DNA of 60,000 nt, from the NCBI GenBank assembly GCA_964187785.1, contig OZ076409.1:50222001-50282000 (forward strand), given 5' to 3'. The notes beneath the pieces were generated by a model. That model did no database searches and was not told the origin of the DNA. It was given only the letters and a program-made list of their open reading frames with translations. Origin of the DNA: Amphiscolops sp. MND2022. Taxonomy: Eukaryota. Below, piece after piece: positions 39,191 to 50,200 of this stretch; the stretch's first letter is position 1; every line of letters starts with the position of its first letter. A program made the position numbers and the translations under genes.

Positions 39191-40697
39191 TATCACGATG
39201 CTTTAATGTCCTGAATGGAAGTAGGTCTCGCAGATTGCTCGAAAGGACTTCAATTTAGTGCATTAACGGATTCTATAATGATTTGTTTCTTACGTTTTTC
39301 CTGATACCCTATTTGTCGGGAAATTCTGGCAGTATTTATTTCTGATACGCGAAATGGCTGATAATTTGAAAATACTTCTGAAGTGTATATATTGCTCTGA
39401 ATTAATGTAATCTTTTTGAATTTACTAAACTTTTCGTTGAACATCCAACATTAATGAGTTTCTTTCATTTTAAATTGTTTCATCCTTGAATGCCGAATAT
39501 GCATCGACTGAAAAATTGTTTTTAATTCAATTCCCACTTGTGATAATTTTATTCGAGGCACTTAAAGTTTGTTAGCGCCTTGAACGAACACTGCTGTTTT
39601 CTTTAAAAAAAGCTTTCAATTTTTTTCGGCGTTAGCAATCAATCTAGGAAAATTCGTCAAAAATAACTCACCGAAAACAACTGGTCAAAAATAGAAGGCG
39701 CGAGGAAAAGCAACTCACAATTTTCCGCCCTTTACTTTCTACGAGTTTTCCGCATATTGTAAGCAATGAAAGTGCTTGGAAATAGTTTTTGAAGTATTAA
39801 GCCCAGTTGGAACTATAACGACTATTATTCTCTGATTTCAAAAAATGCTTCATACTGAGCCCGCTTAAAGCCCATGCGTTTTGGGTGTTTCTTGTTCCGA
39901 AGCAAAATATTTTGAGCTCAAAAATTGACCATTCGGGATACATTTTTTGCAGGCGAAGTTATTCAATTGAAATAAGTGTAACAGTGTTCGTTTCTCCTGC
40001 TTCGCCTGGCACCAGTTTCTATGAATGATGAAAGGATGTCGTGCTGTTTCTTACTACCCTTTTTAAAGCATTAATTGAACCTTTGTTGCCGCGCTCCGTT
40101 CCCTATAAAGTTTCATATCACTTTTGTTCATCTTTCTTTTTATCAATTCAATTATCTCATGCTGAAATAGTTTTTCAAACAATTCACTAGCTGGTGATAG
40201 AAAGACCGATGAGTCACTTTCGTTGTTGGTATGAGGGACGTTGTTTGAAGTCAATAGGGATAGTTGTTTCCAGCCTTCAGCACTTCCGATATTGCTCTTG
40301 TACTTTACGAGTATTGCCTTTGCAGCGATGGTTTTTCGTTTCACCGACTTGGAGAGTGAAAACATTGGTTTAAAAAAATTGTGGAAATTGTCCTTATCGA
40401 ATATTCAAGCTGTACTGTTTCAAAAGTGAAAAACAAATGAAATAGTGTTCACAATGCAATGTCTTAGTCATTAAAAAAAACTACCACCAAAAAATTATTT
40501 TCCTCAAAAACAATTCAATTTTTGGACCTTAACCAAATTTTTCTCTGCCATGCTATGATACTATGCTATTGAATTATTTGTCTAAAGTCAATTTCCACTT
40601 TATACTTCTAATGTCAAGAAATGATTGTTCCAGAAGTCGGGAACAGTCCAAGGCGGCGCCCCAAAGATGCCAAAAATACCCAGAGATACGCAGACTC

Positions 40698-41302
40698 AAC
40701 AAGACCGGAACGTCTAAAGTCGGCGCTATATCTAAGGCTCAAAAAGCGCAGAGTTTTCTAAATATGCCCAGGATGTATTCATGAAAAGCTTTAAAAACAC
40801 TTTCGAGACACCCAAAGTGTGCCTTTCATGCTCGATATGACTGGAAAATCACTTTACCCGACTGGAAACAAAAAAATTGAAAATTTTTTTGAAATTTTTT
40901 TTGAAAAACTTCGAAAACGTCGCATAGTGCCAAAAAATGAAAAGGGGGGACCCTTTGGGATTCATTAACATACTGTCTGTTGCAAAATATCAAAAAATCC
41001 GAAGGGGGGACTCTTTTGAGACATTAAAAATTTTTGAAAAAAAAATCGCACAGTGCCGAAAAAAAAATGAAAGGGGGGACCCTTTGGAGTCTTCCGGTTT
41101 TGTAGGTTACGTAAAAAAGGTAAAAAACGAAAGGGGGGACCCTTTGCAGTAAGTTTGCATTGGTGGAACTTGGCCTGAGTGAACTTATCAGTTTCTGTAA
41201 AAAGTGGTACATACGCGATGAGCTCTGTGGTCTGACGAAAAAAAAACTAGCCACTGTAATAGTCGGGCTTTTTTCCTTAAAGGAAAATGCGCCGACTAAA
41301 AA
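40698..41302 (-). mobile_element. Helentron-associated non-autonomous element (HINE/DINE-1-like)
   Basis: Ends AACAAG...GTCGGCGC and GCGCCGACTAAAAA (subterminal inverted repeats, terminal hairpin, T-rich ends), with internal GGGGGACCCTTTG repeats. Near-identical to 43974-44596. Confidence 0.7.
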
Positions 41303-41619
41303 CAACTTTTCCCCAACTGGAAACAACAAAAAACCCAAACTTATTTTCTTTCGGAAAAAGTAGCATAGTGCCGAAAACCTTAAGAGTCCTCTGCTCGCAA
41401 AACATTCCGTTCAAACATTCAGATATTGTGCAATTTTCTTGAACCTCGACCACCACTTCGATGAAACATTTTTTGAAAAAAGTCGCACTGTTCCGAAAAA
41501 AACGATGTCTTCTCCAGTTAATTAGAAAACTCTCATCTGTTTGATAGGACCTGAAATAATCAAAAAGGCCACCCTTAAGGCTCGGAAAACAGCTTTCTTT
41601 TACAGAAAGCTCAAAAATT

Positions 41620-41990
41620 ATGGTCTTCTATGCTCACAAAACGTTTTGGGCTAAAATTGAGGCAGGGGTGTCGGTAAAAAATCAGAAAAAAATCACATAG
41701 TGCCGAAAAAACTTAAGGTTGTCTTCTATGCTCGCAAAACGCTTTGTTTGCTAAAATTGAGGTAGGGTGTCGGTAAAAAATTGCATAGCGCCGAAAAAAA
41801 CCTCAGGTGGTTCTCTATGCTCGCAAAACGCTTTGTTTGCGCTAAAATTGAGGGAGGGTGTCGGTAAAAAACCGCATAGCGCCGAAAAAACCTAAGGTGG
41901 TTCTCTTATGCTCGGAAAACGCTTTGTTTGTGCTATAAATTGAGGGAGGGGTTGTCGATTTAAAAAATCAAATAAGTTGCATAGTGCCGA
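41620..41990. repeat. Tandem array of about 4 units of 90-97 bp within a HINE-like element
   Basis: CTATGCTCGCAAAACG...GCTAAAATTGAGG...TGTCGGTAAAAAA...CATAGYGCCGAAAAA is repeated about four times. Confidence 0.8.
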
Positions 41991-42044
41991 AAAAAATCTC
42001 CAAAAAGGACCTTTGTCGTTTTCTTTACCTTTGCAAGCGTAAAA

Positions 42045-42122
42045 AAGTTTGGTTTAGTGCTGGACTCGAACCCTCGTGCTTCTGCTCCTCAAGGAAATCC
42101 GCGTTAACTGCTAGGCCAAAAG
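42045..42122 (-). other. tRNA-derived module (pseudo-tRNA) inside a HINE-like element
   Basis: Minus strand TGGCCTAGCAGTTAA (A box) ... GGTTCGAGTCC (B box). Related to 54945-55030 and 59396-59481. Confidence 0.6.
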
Positions 42123-42711
42123 GTGGGACAATCGGCGGCGTTGTTACATAAAATTTATGGAAATTTATAAAGTTGGACGTGACAGTGACCCTGACAAAAA
42201 ACTTGCCACTTTAGGAGACTTGCCGCTCATTAAAAAGCGCCGACCAAAAATGGATATACTAAGTTAAATTTTGACAATTTCTGAAGTACATTTTAAAATT
42301 TTCTTGTGAATTATTGATCGCTATAGGTCTCAATCGAAAGATCGCCGAGAAGTCTTTGTTCAAACTCAGCGATGGATGTCCACAGTACTGATATTAACAA
42401 AAGCAAGGTAGCACAGGGAATGAGCAAATCCAATGTGCCAAATAAGGTCCCACGTGCTTTCATTTGTCGAGGGCTGAGTTCGAAAAATATTTGGCTCTTT
42501 TCAGTTTTCCCCACCAAAATTTTTGAAAAATAATTTTCCTTAAGAACTTTAGACTAGCCTAATTAAAAGTAAAACCTTTCATAACAGGAGGTTAACTTCT
42601 ATTAGAGTAGTTTTCCGCTTGAACAAAACATTGTTCACACATTTTGATTATAATTATGTCCGTACTAAGTGTTTATTGATGACTCAAATCAGGAAGCTGT
42701 TGATTTCTTCA

Positions 42712-42892
42712 TCAAAAATGCGTAACTACATAGGGAAAAAGTGTGAACAAAGTTTGTATCTGAATCCTAAACTATCACGCTGATTATAAATTTAAAACTG
42801 AATTCAGTTTTAAATTTATAATCAGCGTGATAGTTTAGGATCCAGATACAAACTTTGTTCACACTTTTCCCTATGTAGTTACTCATTTTTGA
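42712..42892. repeat. Near-perfect spacerless palindrome of about 180 bp centred on GAATTC
   Basis: Arms of about 90 bp are reverse-complementary around 42802/42803 with only a few mismatches. Confidence 0.95.
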
Positions 42893-43519
42893 GCTTAAGC
42901 TTTGAGGTTTGTATTCAAGTCTATTTGTTATAAGATTTTCACTAATTTTCCAAAAACAATTCTAGTGGTGGGGTCGAATGTTTTTACCCATTCGCTTTCA
43001 CCTGACTCCCAAATAATTTTGAATAAAGAATGCTCCTGAACATTTTGAATCTGACTTTTTCTCGGAAATTTTGTACTTTGCATTAGTTAGAGCTTGCTTT
43101 TAATTTTATGAATATCAAAATCGTATTTTGATTCATGTAATTTCGAATACGCATGTTTCAAGTTTTTTTCACACTTTCAATGATTTGAAAACTCAGGGGG
43201 TAGAGTGAACATAAACTTTCTCTATTTTTTGCCAAACATGAGGAAGACGTTAATTTCGAATTAAATTTGGCCTAAAATGGTCATTGGTACCTTCTACAAT
43301 TTTTTTTCGCATTATTTTGAAACAAACATGCTAGTAAACTAAATAAAATATAAGAAACATTTACTGCCATTTTTCTCTGCGATGCTCTGCTCAATTCCAT
43401 TCGAATATAAAGCCTTATTGAAATGAGCCATTTTTGTGCGGTTTTGTTTAGTTATTTTCATGGCTGGAAAGCTGAAGAAATAGCATGTGGTTCGTTTTCA
43501 ATTTTTCTGCGAAAGCTGG

Positions 43520-43994
43520 AATACATAGTTTACACGCTGAAAGATATCTTTTGTTTTTTTTTCATCAGTTATTGACATTGGACAGTCACAAAATTCCAGC
43601 AAACTTCAAAAGATCAGAATTACAAGGGGTAGTTTTTGAAATGAAACAAGTTATTGTACTTATCTTTGTTTTTGTTTTTGGCGTTTTCCGGGTTCCATCG
43701 TGCATGTCTCGAAAACCGCTGTTCGTTACAACAAGACGGGAACGTCTAAAACTATCTAAACTAAATACATAGTTTACACGCTGAAAGATATCTTTTGTTT
43801 TTTTTTCATCAGTTATTGACATTGGACAGTCACAAAATTCCAGCAAACTTCAAAAGATCAGAATTACAAGGGGTAGTTTTTGAAATGAAACAAGTTATTG
43901 TACTTATCTTTGTTTTTGTTTTTGGCGTTTTCCGGGTTCCATCGTGCATGTCTCGAAAACCGCTGTTCGTTACAACAAGACGGGAACGTCTAAA
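43520..43994. repeat. Direct tandem duplication of 231 bp (period 244) with a 13-nt filler
   Basis: 43520-43750 matches 43764-43994, separated by ACTATCTAAACTA. Confidence 0.95.
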
Positions 43995-44596
43995 GTCGGC
44001 GCTATATCTAAGGCTCAAAAAGCTCAGTTTTCTAAATATGCCCAGGATGTATTCATGAAAAGCTTTGAAAACTTTCGAGACACCCAAAGTGTGCCTTTCA
44101 TGCTCGATATGACTGGAAAATCACTTTTCTCTACTGGAAACAAAAAAATTTTTGAAAATTTTTTTGAAATTTTTTTTTGAAAAATTTTTTTTGAAAAAAA
44201 CTTCGAAAACGTCGCATAGTGCCGAAAAATGAAAAGGGGGGACCCTTTGGGATTCATTAACATACTTTCTGTTCCAAAATATCAAAAAATCCGAAGGGGG
44301 GGACTCTTTTGAGACATTAAAAATTTTCGAAAAAAAATTCGCACAGTGCCGAAAAAAAATTGAAAGGGGGGACCCTTTGGAATCTTCCGGTTTTGTAGGT
44401 TACGTAAAAAAGGTAAAAAACGAAAGGGGGGACCCTTTGCAGTAAGTTTGCATTGGTGGAACTTGGCCTGAGTGAACTTATCAGTTTCTGTAAAAAGTGG
44501 TACATACGCGATGAGCTCTGTGGTCTGACGAAAAAAAAAACTAGCCACTGTAATAGTCGGGCTTTTTTCCTTAAAGGAAAATGCGCCGACTAAAAA
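43974..44596 (-). mobile_element. HINE/Helentron-like non-autonomous element
   Basis: Same termini and body as 40698-41302. Confidence 0.7.
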
Positions 44597-45000
44597 TGCC
44601 AGAGACAAGATTTGTAACTTCGATTCATATCTCTTTTGACTTAAACATTTTTCCTGAAATCGGGTTCTTCTGAATTTACAACGCACAATGATAAAATGCG
44701 AGTTTTTTAATTCTTTAATCTAAATACAGAAGATGAGTGTCGAGGCAACTATTGTGACCAAGGCAAGTTTTTCTTCTGACCAGTAGTTTTTGAGGTACTG
44801 CGTAATAAAGTTCCAAATTCTTCAAAATGCTATGTGAAATAACATTATTCTTTCATTTGATTTCAAAATAAAAAATTTAGGTCTGATCAAAATCGGATAA
44901 ATTTTTGCTGCAGAGATATTAGCTGTCATAAGCTTAGTATCATTGTGTATTATTGATACCAAGCCAGTGAGTGTTGATTATTTGTTAGTTGTTGCTATTA

Positions 45001-45202
45001 CCCTGGTTGAAAAAAAATGCGTTCCTTGCAAGGATCTTGCCAGATTTTCTTTCAAGGTCTTGCAAGATAATGCATTTTTCTGCAAGACATCTTGCAAGAA
45101 TCTTGGAAGGAAAAAATTGCCTTGCAAGATCTTACAAGTAATTGCATTTTTACAAGGATCTTGCAAGATACTTGCAAGGAACGCATTTTTTCTCAACCAG
45201 GG
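45001..45202. mobile_element. 202-bp MITE with TA-flanked TIRs
   Basis: TIRs CCCTGGTTGAAAAAAAATGCGTTCCTTGCAAG and CTTGCAAGGAACGCATTTTTTCTCAACCAGGG, flanked by TA, with internal TCTTGCAAGA palindromic units. Confidence 0.88.
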
Positions 45203-45262
45203 TAGCCATTCTCACCTACTAGTAGTTTCCACTTTTCAAGTGCAGGTATTTGTTCTCTCTTC

Positions 45263-45589
45263 TCAAAGTAAGAAAGCACATAGTCCAAGATTTGGGTGCT
45301 TTCGGTGAAATCTATCAGGTTTTGCATTTCTGTGGCAGAATTCATCAATCAGAATCGCGTCAAGAAATATTTCTGGAATTGAAGGATTTGCTTCTGTGAA
45401 TTTTATGAAATGAAAGTTATTACCCAAAACTTTGTCGAATTGATGCATGTAGTGTTTGAAACTTCTTAGGAAATATTCTGCAGTTGCAGAAATTACATAT
45501 TTCTGCGTAATCCTAAATCCTATAGAAACCGGCCATGCTATTTTTTCCAGACGTCTATCGTCCATTTCGTCATCGGATTTCGTTGCCAA
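45263..45589 (-). CDS. Candidate first exon(s) of an uncharacterised gene divergent from TERT
   Basis: Non-repetitive 108-codon frame (MDDRRLEKIAW...) with a possible in-frame 30-nt GT-AG intron. Further candidate minus exons lie at about 43.3-43.6 kb, 42311-42480 and 40063-40400. No recognised domain. Confidence 0.4.
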   Translation of the reverse strand: MATKSDDEMDDRRLEKIAWPVSIGFRITQKYVISATAEYFLRSFKHYMHQFDKVLGNNFHFIKFTEANPSIPEIFLDAILIDEFCHRNAKPDRFHRKHPNLGLCAFLL

Positions 45590-46774
45590 TTCTGGTAGCA
45601 GTGAGGCAGTGTTACATAAGTCTTTAGCTGGTTTAATTCTCGAAGAAGTGCGATAGCGCTTTTATTGAGATAATTCAAACGAGTGTTAATTTAAGCTTAA
45701 TTGTTGTATTTTTTGTTCATGTAACAAAGCTTATAGTCAAGATTTGTCAAACATCTGTTCATAATTGTTCAATCAACCCTAACTTGGCCACTGTGACGAA
45801 TTCGGCACATTTAGTTTCTACAAATTCTAAACGCACCAGCTGATTGTATGGTAAAGAAAACCCTAGAATAAGATTTTCAGACGATATTGCATAGCATTCG
45901 GCGCCTTTTCACTGAATAGTAGACGTGATGTCTCCCAAATCCAGAAATGGGGGCCACAAAATCAAAAAAAAATGAGTGCAGATTTTCCGTTTTTCCCGTT
46001 TTCGTTTGTGGCCCTTTTATCCCACTGGTATCAACATTGGGTCAAAGCGGCCCCAGCATGTTTTGAAACATGCTGAAAAGCAATTAGAGACACGACGCGT
46101 GCAAAGTTTTGGCGCAAAGTCCGAAGCCAGCCCAGCAGTTTAAAAATTGATTTGAAAGCCCTGATGCACCTCTTTCGAACGCTGTATAAATCGTTTGTCG
46201 AACTTGAATAGTTTAGGAGATATTGCGGTTTAAAGTACCCGATTTTTGGATTGATCCAGAATTTTCCTGGTCAACTTAAGGTTAATGTTTCTGAATTGAG
46301 AAAGAAAGACTGATTACTCGTTTTAGTGTTAATGTTTGCAATCGAAGACGGTGTAAACTGTAATAAAAATGAAGAATCAACGGCGGAGTGAACTGGCATA
46401 GTGATTAATTATGCGCTACATGATCAATTGACAGGAGTGTACAGTTATTTCGGATGTGATTATTGAACTTTGAAGTCAATGGTGATTGTAGCCTAATCAA
46501 GAAATATTACTGAGCCTACAGGGCCTACTTTTTAGCTCAGCATTCTTTCCAAGAGCCAATGTTTAGTGAAAATATTTTGTGGATACCCCGTAAGCATTGC
46601 ACTTTCAATACTGACCAGCCGCTTGTAAGCGATAACAATGTCTTTTGAATGCCTAGATTTTAGTTGAAAGCTTATTTTTAGAGGCAAAAGTACCAAATAG
46701 CTGAAATCTAAAGCCTCACGTGTTAGAAAAAGCTACCTGGTAAAAAAAGCTATTCAATTTTTTTATATACCGGG

Positions 46775-47248
46775 ATGTCAGAAAGGACTACCCCCGACAG
46801 TAAGAGACATCACGATATAACCGATATTCAGAATGTTTTGATCAGGTCCGGAGTATATGATCAAGTATTTAGTCTGCGGCACCTCTTGAAAAATATTCGC
46901 CAGAATGAAAGTTATTCAACTGGAAGTAATCAAAATTTCATTCCAATCAGAGATTCCGAGCATAACCAGCCATTCAAAACTGACGGAGAACACTGGCCTA
47001 TCAAAGGCTTTGAACACGGACAGTCAATCCAAGCTTACGAAAGTCAAGAACCAATGGCAATTGAATTGGACAGTCATAATCAATTGCTTCAACAGGCGGG
47101 TAATAGACTAGTTTGTGCCTCTGGCTGTAAGCAGACGCTGTTTGACGTGAAAGAAGCAGCAGTGTGCAGCTCAAGTTTTTCTTCTCTTCTCAGTCAAACC
47201 GTCATAGAACTGTATGCTTCCACCTCAACAAATGTTCTTTTCAATTTT
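46775..47248 (+). CDS. TERT: TERT exon 1 (TEN domain N-terminal half)
   Basis: SSLLSQTVIELYASTSTNVLFNF resembles the TEN L.ELV..V...L....NVL.FG motif. Ends at a phase-0 GTTAGT donor. Confidence 0.78.
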
Positions 47249-50200
47249 GTTAGTCCTAGTCTGATGAAGACTATTTGCTGATTTTATCAGCTTAGGATCT
47301 CAACAATAGTCGAAGTTTTTGCTCGAGTACCTCGCAGCGTCGCCCTGACAATGTTGCTTGGAAATATTCGCCTTATGAACTTCATCCTTGAAAGTTATTC
47401 TTGGAATTTTTTAAAATGTAGTTTTAATTCATTATGAAGGTCCCTCCTTTGAGTATTTTGAATTATGTTACAATATGGAAGTAAACCGAACCAATAGATT
47501 TCCCGGAACATGTTTACAATCCCCCAGGTACACCTTGCTGCGCATTTACAAATCCCCAACACGAAAACACCTTTCATTCCTGAAAAATTCTTGGTTCAGT
47601 TCCCTGGGCCAACGGGTACATTTTTGTAGTACCTTAAAATTTTGTATAACTTTTGGTAGAACTATTTTGGTCACTTCAGGTGTATCGAAAAAAACACTGA
47701 CGAAAAGCCACGACTATAGTCGACTCTTTTCTTAAGAAAAGCGCCGACTAAAAATGAGAATTTTGAACAGTCTCATAATGCCGCAACTTTTAAAGGGAGG
47801 GGACCATTTGGGATTTTTTAAAATTCATTCTGTTGCAAAATATCAGAAAAAATGAAGGGGACCCTTTGGAGACATTAAACATTTTCGGAAAAAAAGTCGA
47901 AAATCGAAAGGGCACTTTAGTCTCGTCCCGTTTTTGCACATGACGAAGTCAATGTGCATTGCAGTCCAGCTAAGAAAGTTTTTTTTCCACTATAGTCAAC
48001 TTCATAATGAGCGCCTTTTAGAAAAGAGCCAAAACCCCAGAGAGATTCGAACCTGCAGCCTCCCGATCGCACGGCATAAGTGTTGACCACTGTGCCATAG
48101 GGACGTTATTGAACAAAGTTGAACTGTTTAATATATACGCATGCGATTAAAATAATATATATACGCATACTAGAATAATCGATGTCTTCGTCATGTGTTG
48201 CGAAGCACCGCTTCGCCTCTGTGTGTATGTTACCTTGAAAGGGAATAAATGGACCCTTTGCACTAAGTTAGGTGCGTTTTCGCTGGCCGGTCCACTAGTT
48301 TAGTAGTTTCTGTTAAAAGTGTCCACTACGCATACGTTCTGTTATCTGACACAAAAAACTAGTCACTGTAATAGTCAGGCTTTTTTTCCTTAGGGGAAAA
48401 TGCGCCGACTAAAAACAGGGTCCGATTTATTTCCCTCTCCAATTCTTTGCCACTTCGAGACTCTTGAGCTAATTTCAAGATATTTTGAGATTTAACCTAG
48501 GCGCCAAATATAATAATTGCGCTGTTTGTTCAGATGAAATACAGCGATACTTTGGATCTGCAAAATCCCAAACTTCACTCGAACTTGTTTTACTTCCTGA
48601 GTCTTCCTCTGGAAAGCATTTGGAAAGTCTTGGGAGATTTCAATTTCAGAAGACTAGTGAAACACTGCTCGTGGTTTTATTACTGCAAGAAAGAACACAT
48701 GCTCTTGCAGCTGTCTGGGGCTTCTTTCTGTGACAGGATTTTCAATCTGAAAAAGCAGCAGGGTCGGGGTGTTGCTTTTGCAACTGCAATATCTTCTAAT
48801 GGTAAGTTAGTTAAGATGACGTTGATGAAGAGCAATTTTAGTACTCCAAAACATAAACTGGTGCAGATTTAATTTGTTTCAAGAGTACTTTTCAAATCTA
48901 ATCACAAATGGGATTTTTAACAAGCCGGGACCGGCCCAAGTCGGCGCCATATCCAAGGCTCAAAAATAGCAAAAGGACTTCCAAGAGTCAATTTACAGTA
49001 CTCGAAAATCGAAAAAGCAAAAAAAAATGGACCGAGTGGCGCGCCGGGGCCCGCTAGCGCGAGCCCCTGGCGAGCTAAAAGGGGGACACTTCCGAAATTG
49101 TCAACATTGTTGTCGCAGTTGAAGGGGGACCCTTTGGAGAAAAAACAAATTTTCGAAAAAAAGTCTCACAATGCCGAAAAACTGAAAGGGGGGACCCTTT
49201 AGGATTTTTAAACACTCTATTTGTTGTAAAATATCAAAGAAATTGAAGGGGGACCCTTTGGAGAGAAAAAAAATAGAAAAAAAGTCTCACAATGCCGAAA
49301 AACTGAAAGGGTGGACCCTTTGGGATTTTTAAACACCCTATCTGTTGTAAAGTATCAAAGAAATTGAAGGGGGACCCTTTGGAGAGAAAAAAATTTTATG
49401 AAAAAAGTCTCACAATGCCGAAAAACTGAAAGGGCGGACCCTTTGGGATTTTCCAACATCTATTCTGACGCAAAACAGCAAAAAAAATTTGAGGGGGGGC
49501 CTTTGGGGAAAAAATTTTTCCGAAAAAAAAGTCTCGCAGTGCCGGAAAAAAATTGTAAAGGGGGACCCTTTGGTCTCGCCCGGTATGGTATGTTACGCGG
49601 AAAAACAGGAAAAACCTTTTTGTTTCAGTTCGCAAGGCCAAATAGTGCATTTTGGTGCAATAATATTTTGTAGAACTTAAGAACTATTTTGGTCAGTTCG
49701 TGTGGATAGAAAAAAAAGAGTCACTATAATAGTCGCGTTTCACTCCATGAAGCGCCGACTAAAAACAAATTGAATATATGTACTCAATATCTTTTCATCT
49801 GGTTTATAATGTTTCATGTTCCAGTGCCACAAAAGCTAACGTCAGTAACAAAAAGCAGAAAAGATGGATCTCCTCAGAACACTATTTATCCGCATCCTCT
49901 CTTGCTCTGTAAACAACCTTCGCACGGTGACAAAAAAGAGTCTTTCAACGTATGGGATCAGAGCTTCTGTGTTACTAACAGATCAATGCAAGTCCTTGCC
50001 TCTCACATCTTCAAAACTGAAACAAAAACATCCAAAAGTGGCAATGTTTTCTTGGCAAAACGCTTGAAAAAATTGCCAATATTTCTCAAAAAGTTGGTTT
50101 CAGCCATTCGGCTATTCAAGTGTCCCAAAACACAGAAATGTAACGAATCCGATTTTGTGACTTATTTGTTAAAGTTTTTGCCAATGGAGACTTTCGGATG

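Noticed and set aside
41620..41990. Regularly spaced repeats here and at 49120-49570 as a CRISPR-like array
   Set aside because: Whole units repeat with no unique spacers, there are no cas genes, and the context is a eukaryotic transposon.
40563..44686. Short K/F/G/P-rich ORFs such as 40937-41152, 41024-41338, 44282-44686 and 49396-49680
   Set aside because: They are chance translations of HINE repeats, recurring in each copy without protein motifs.
45774..45783. CAACCCTAAC upstream of TERT as a telomerase RNA template
   Set aside because: A 9-10-nt match is plausible by chance in 60 kb, and I saw no pseudoknot or H/ACA context.
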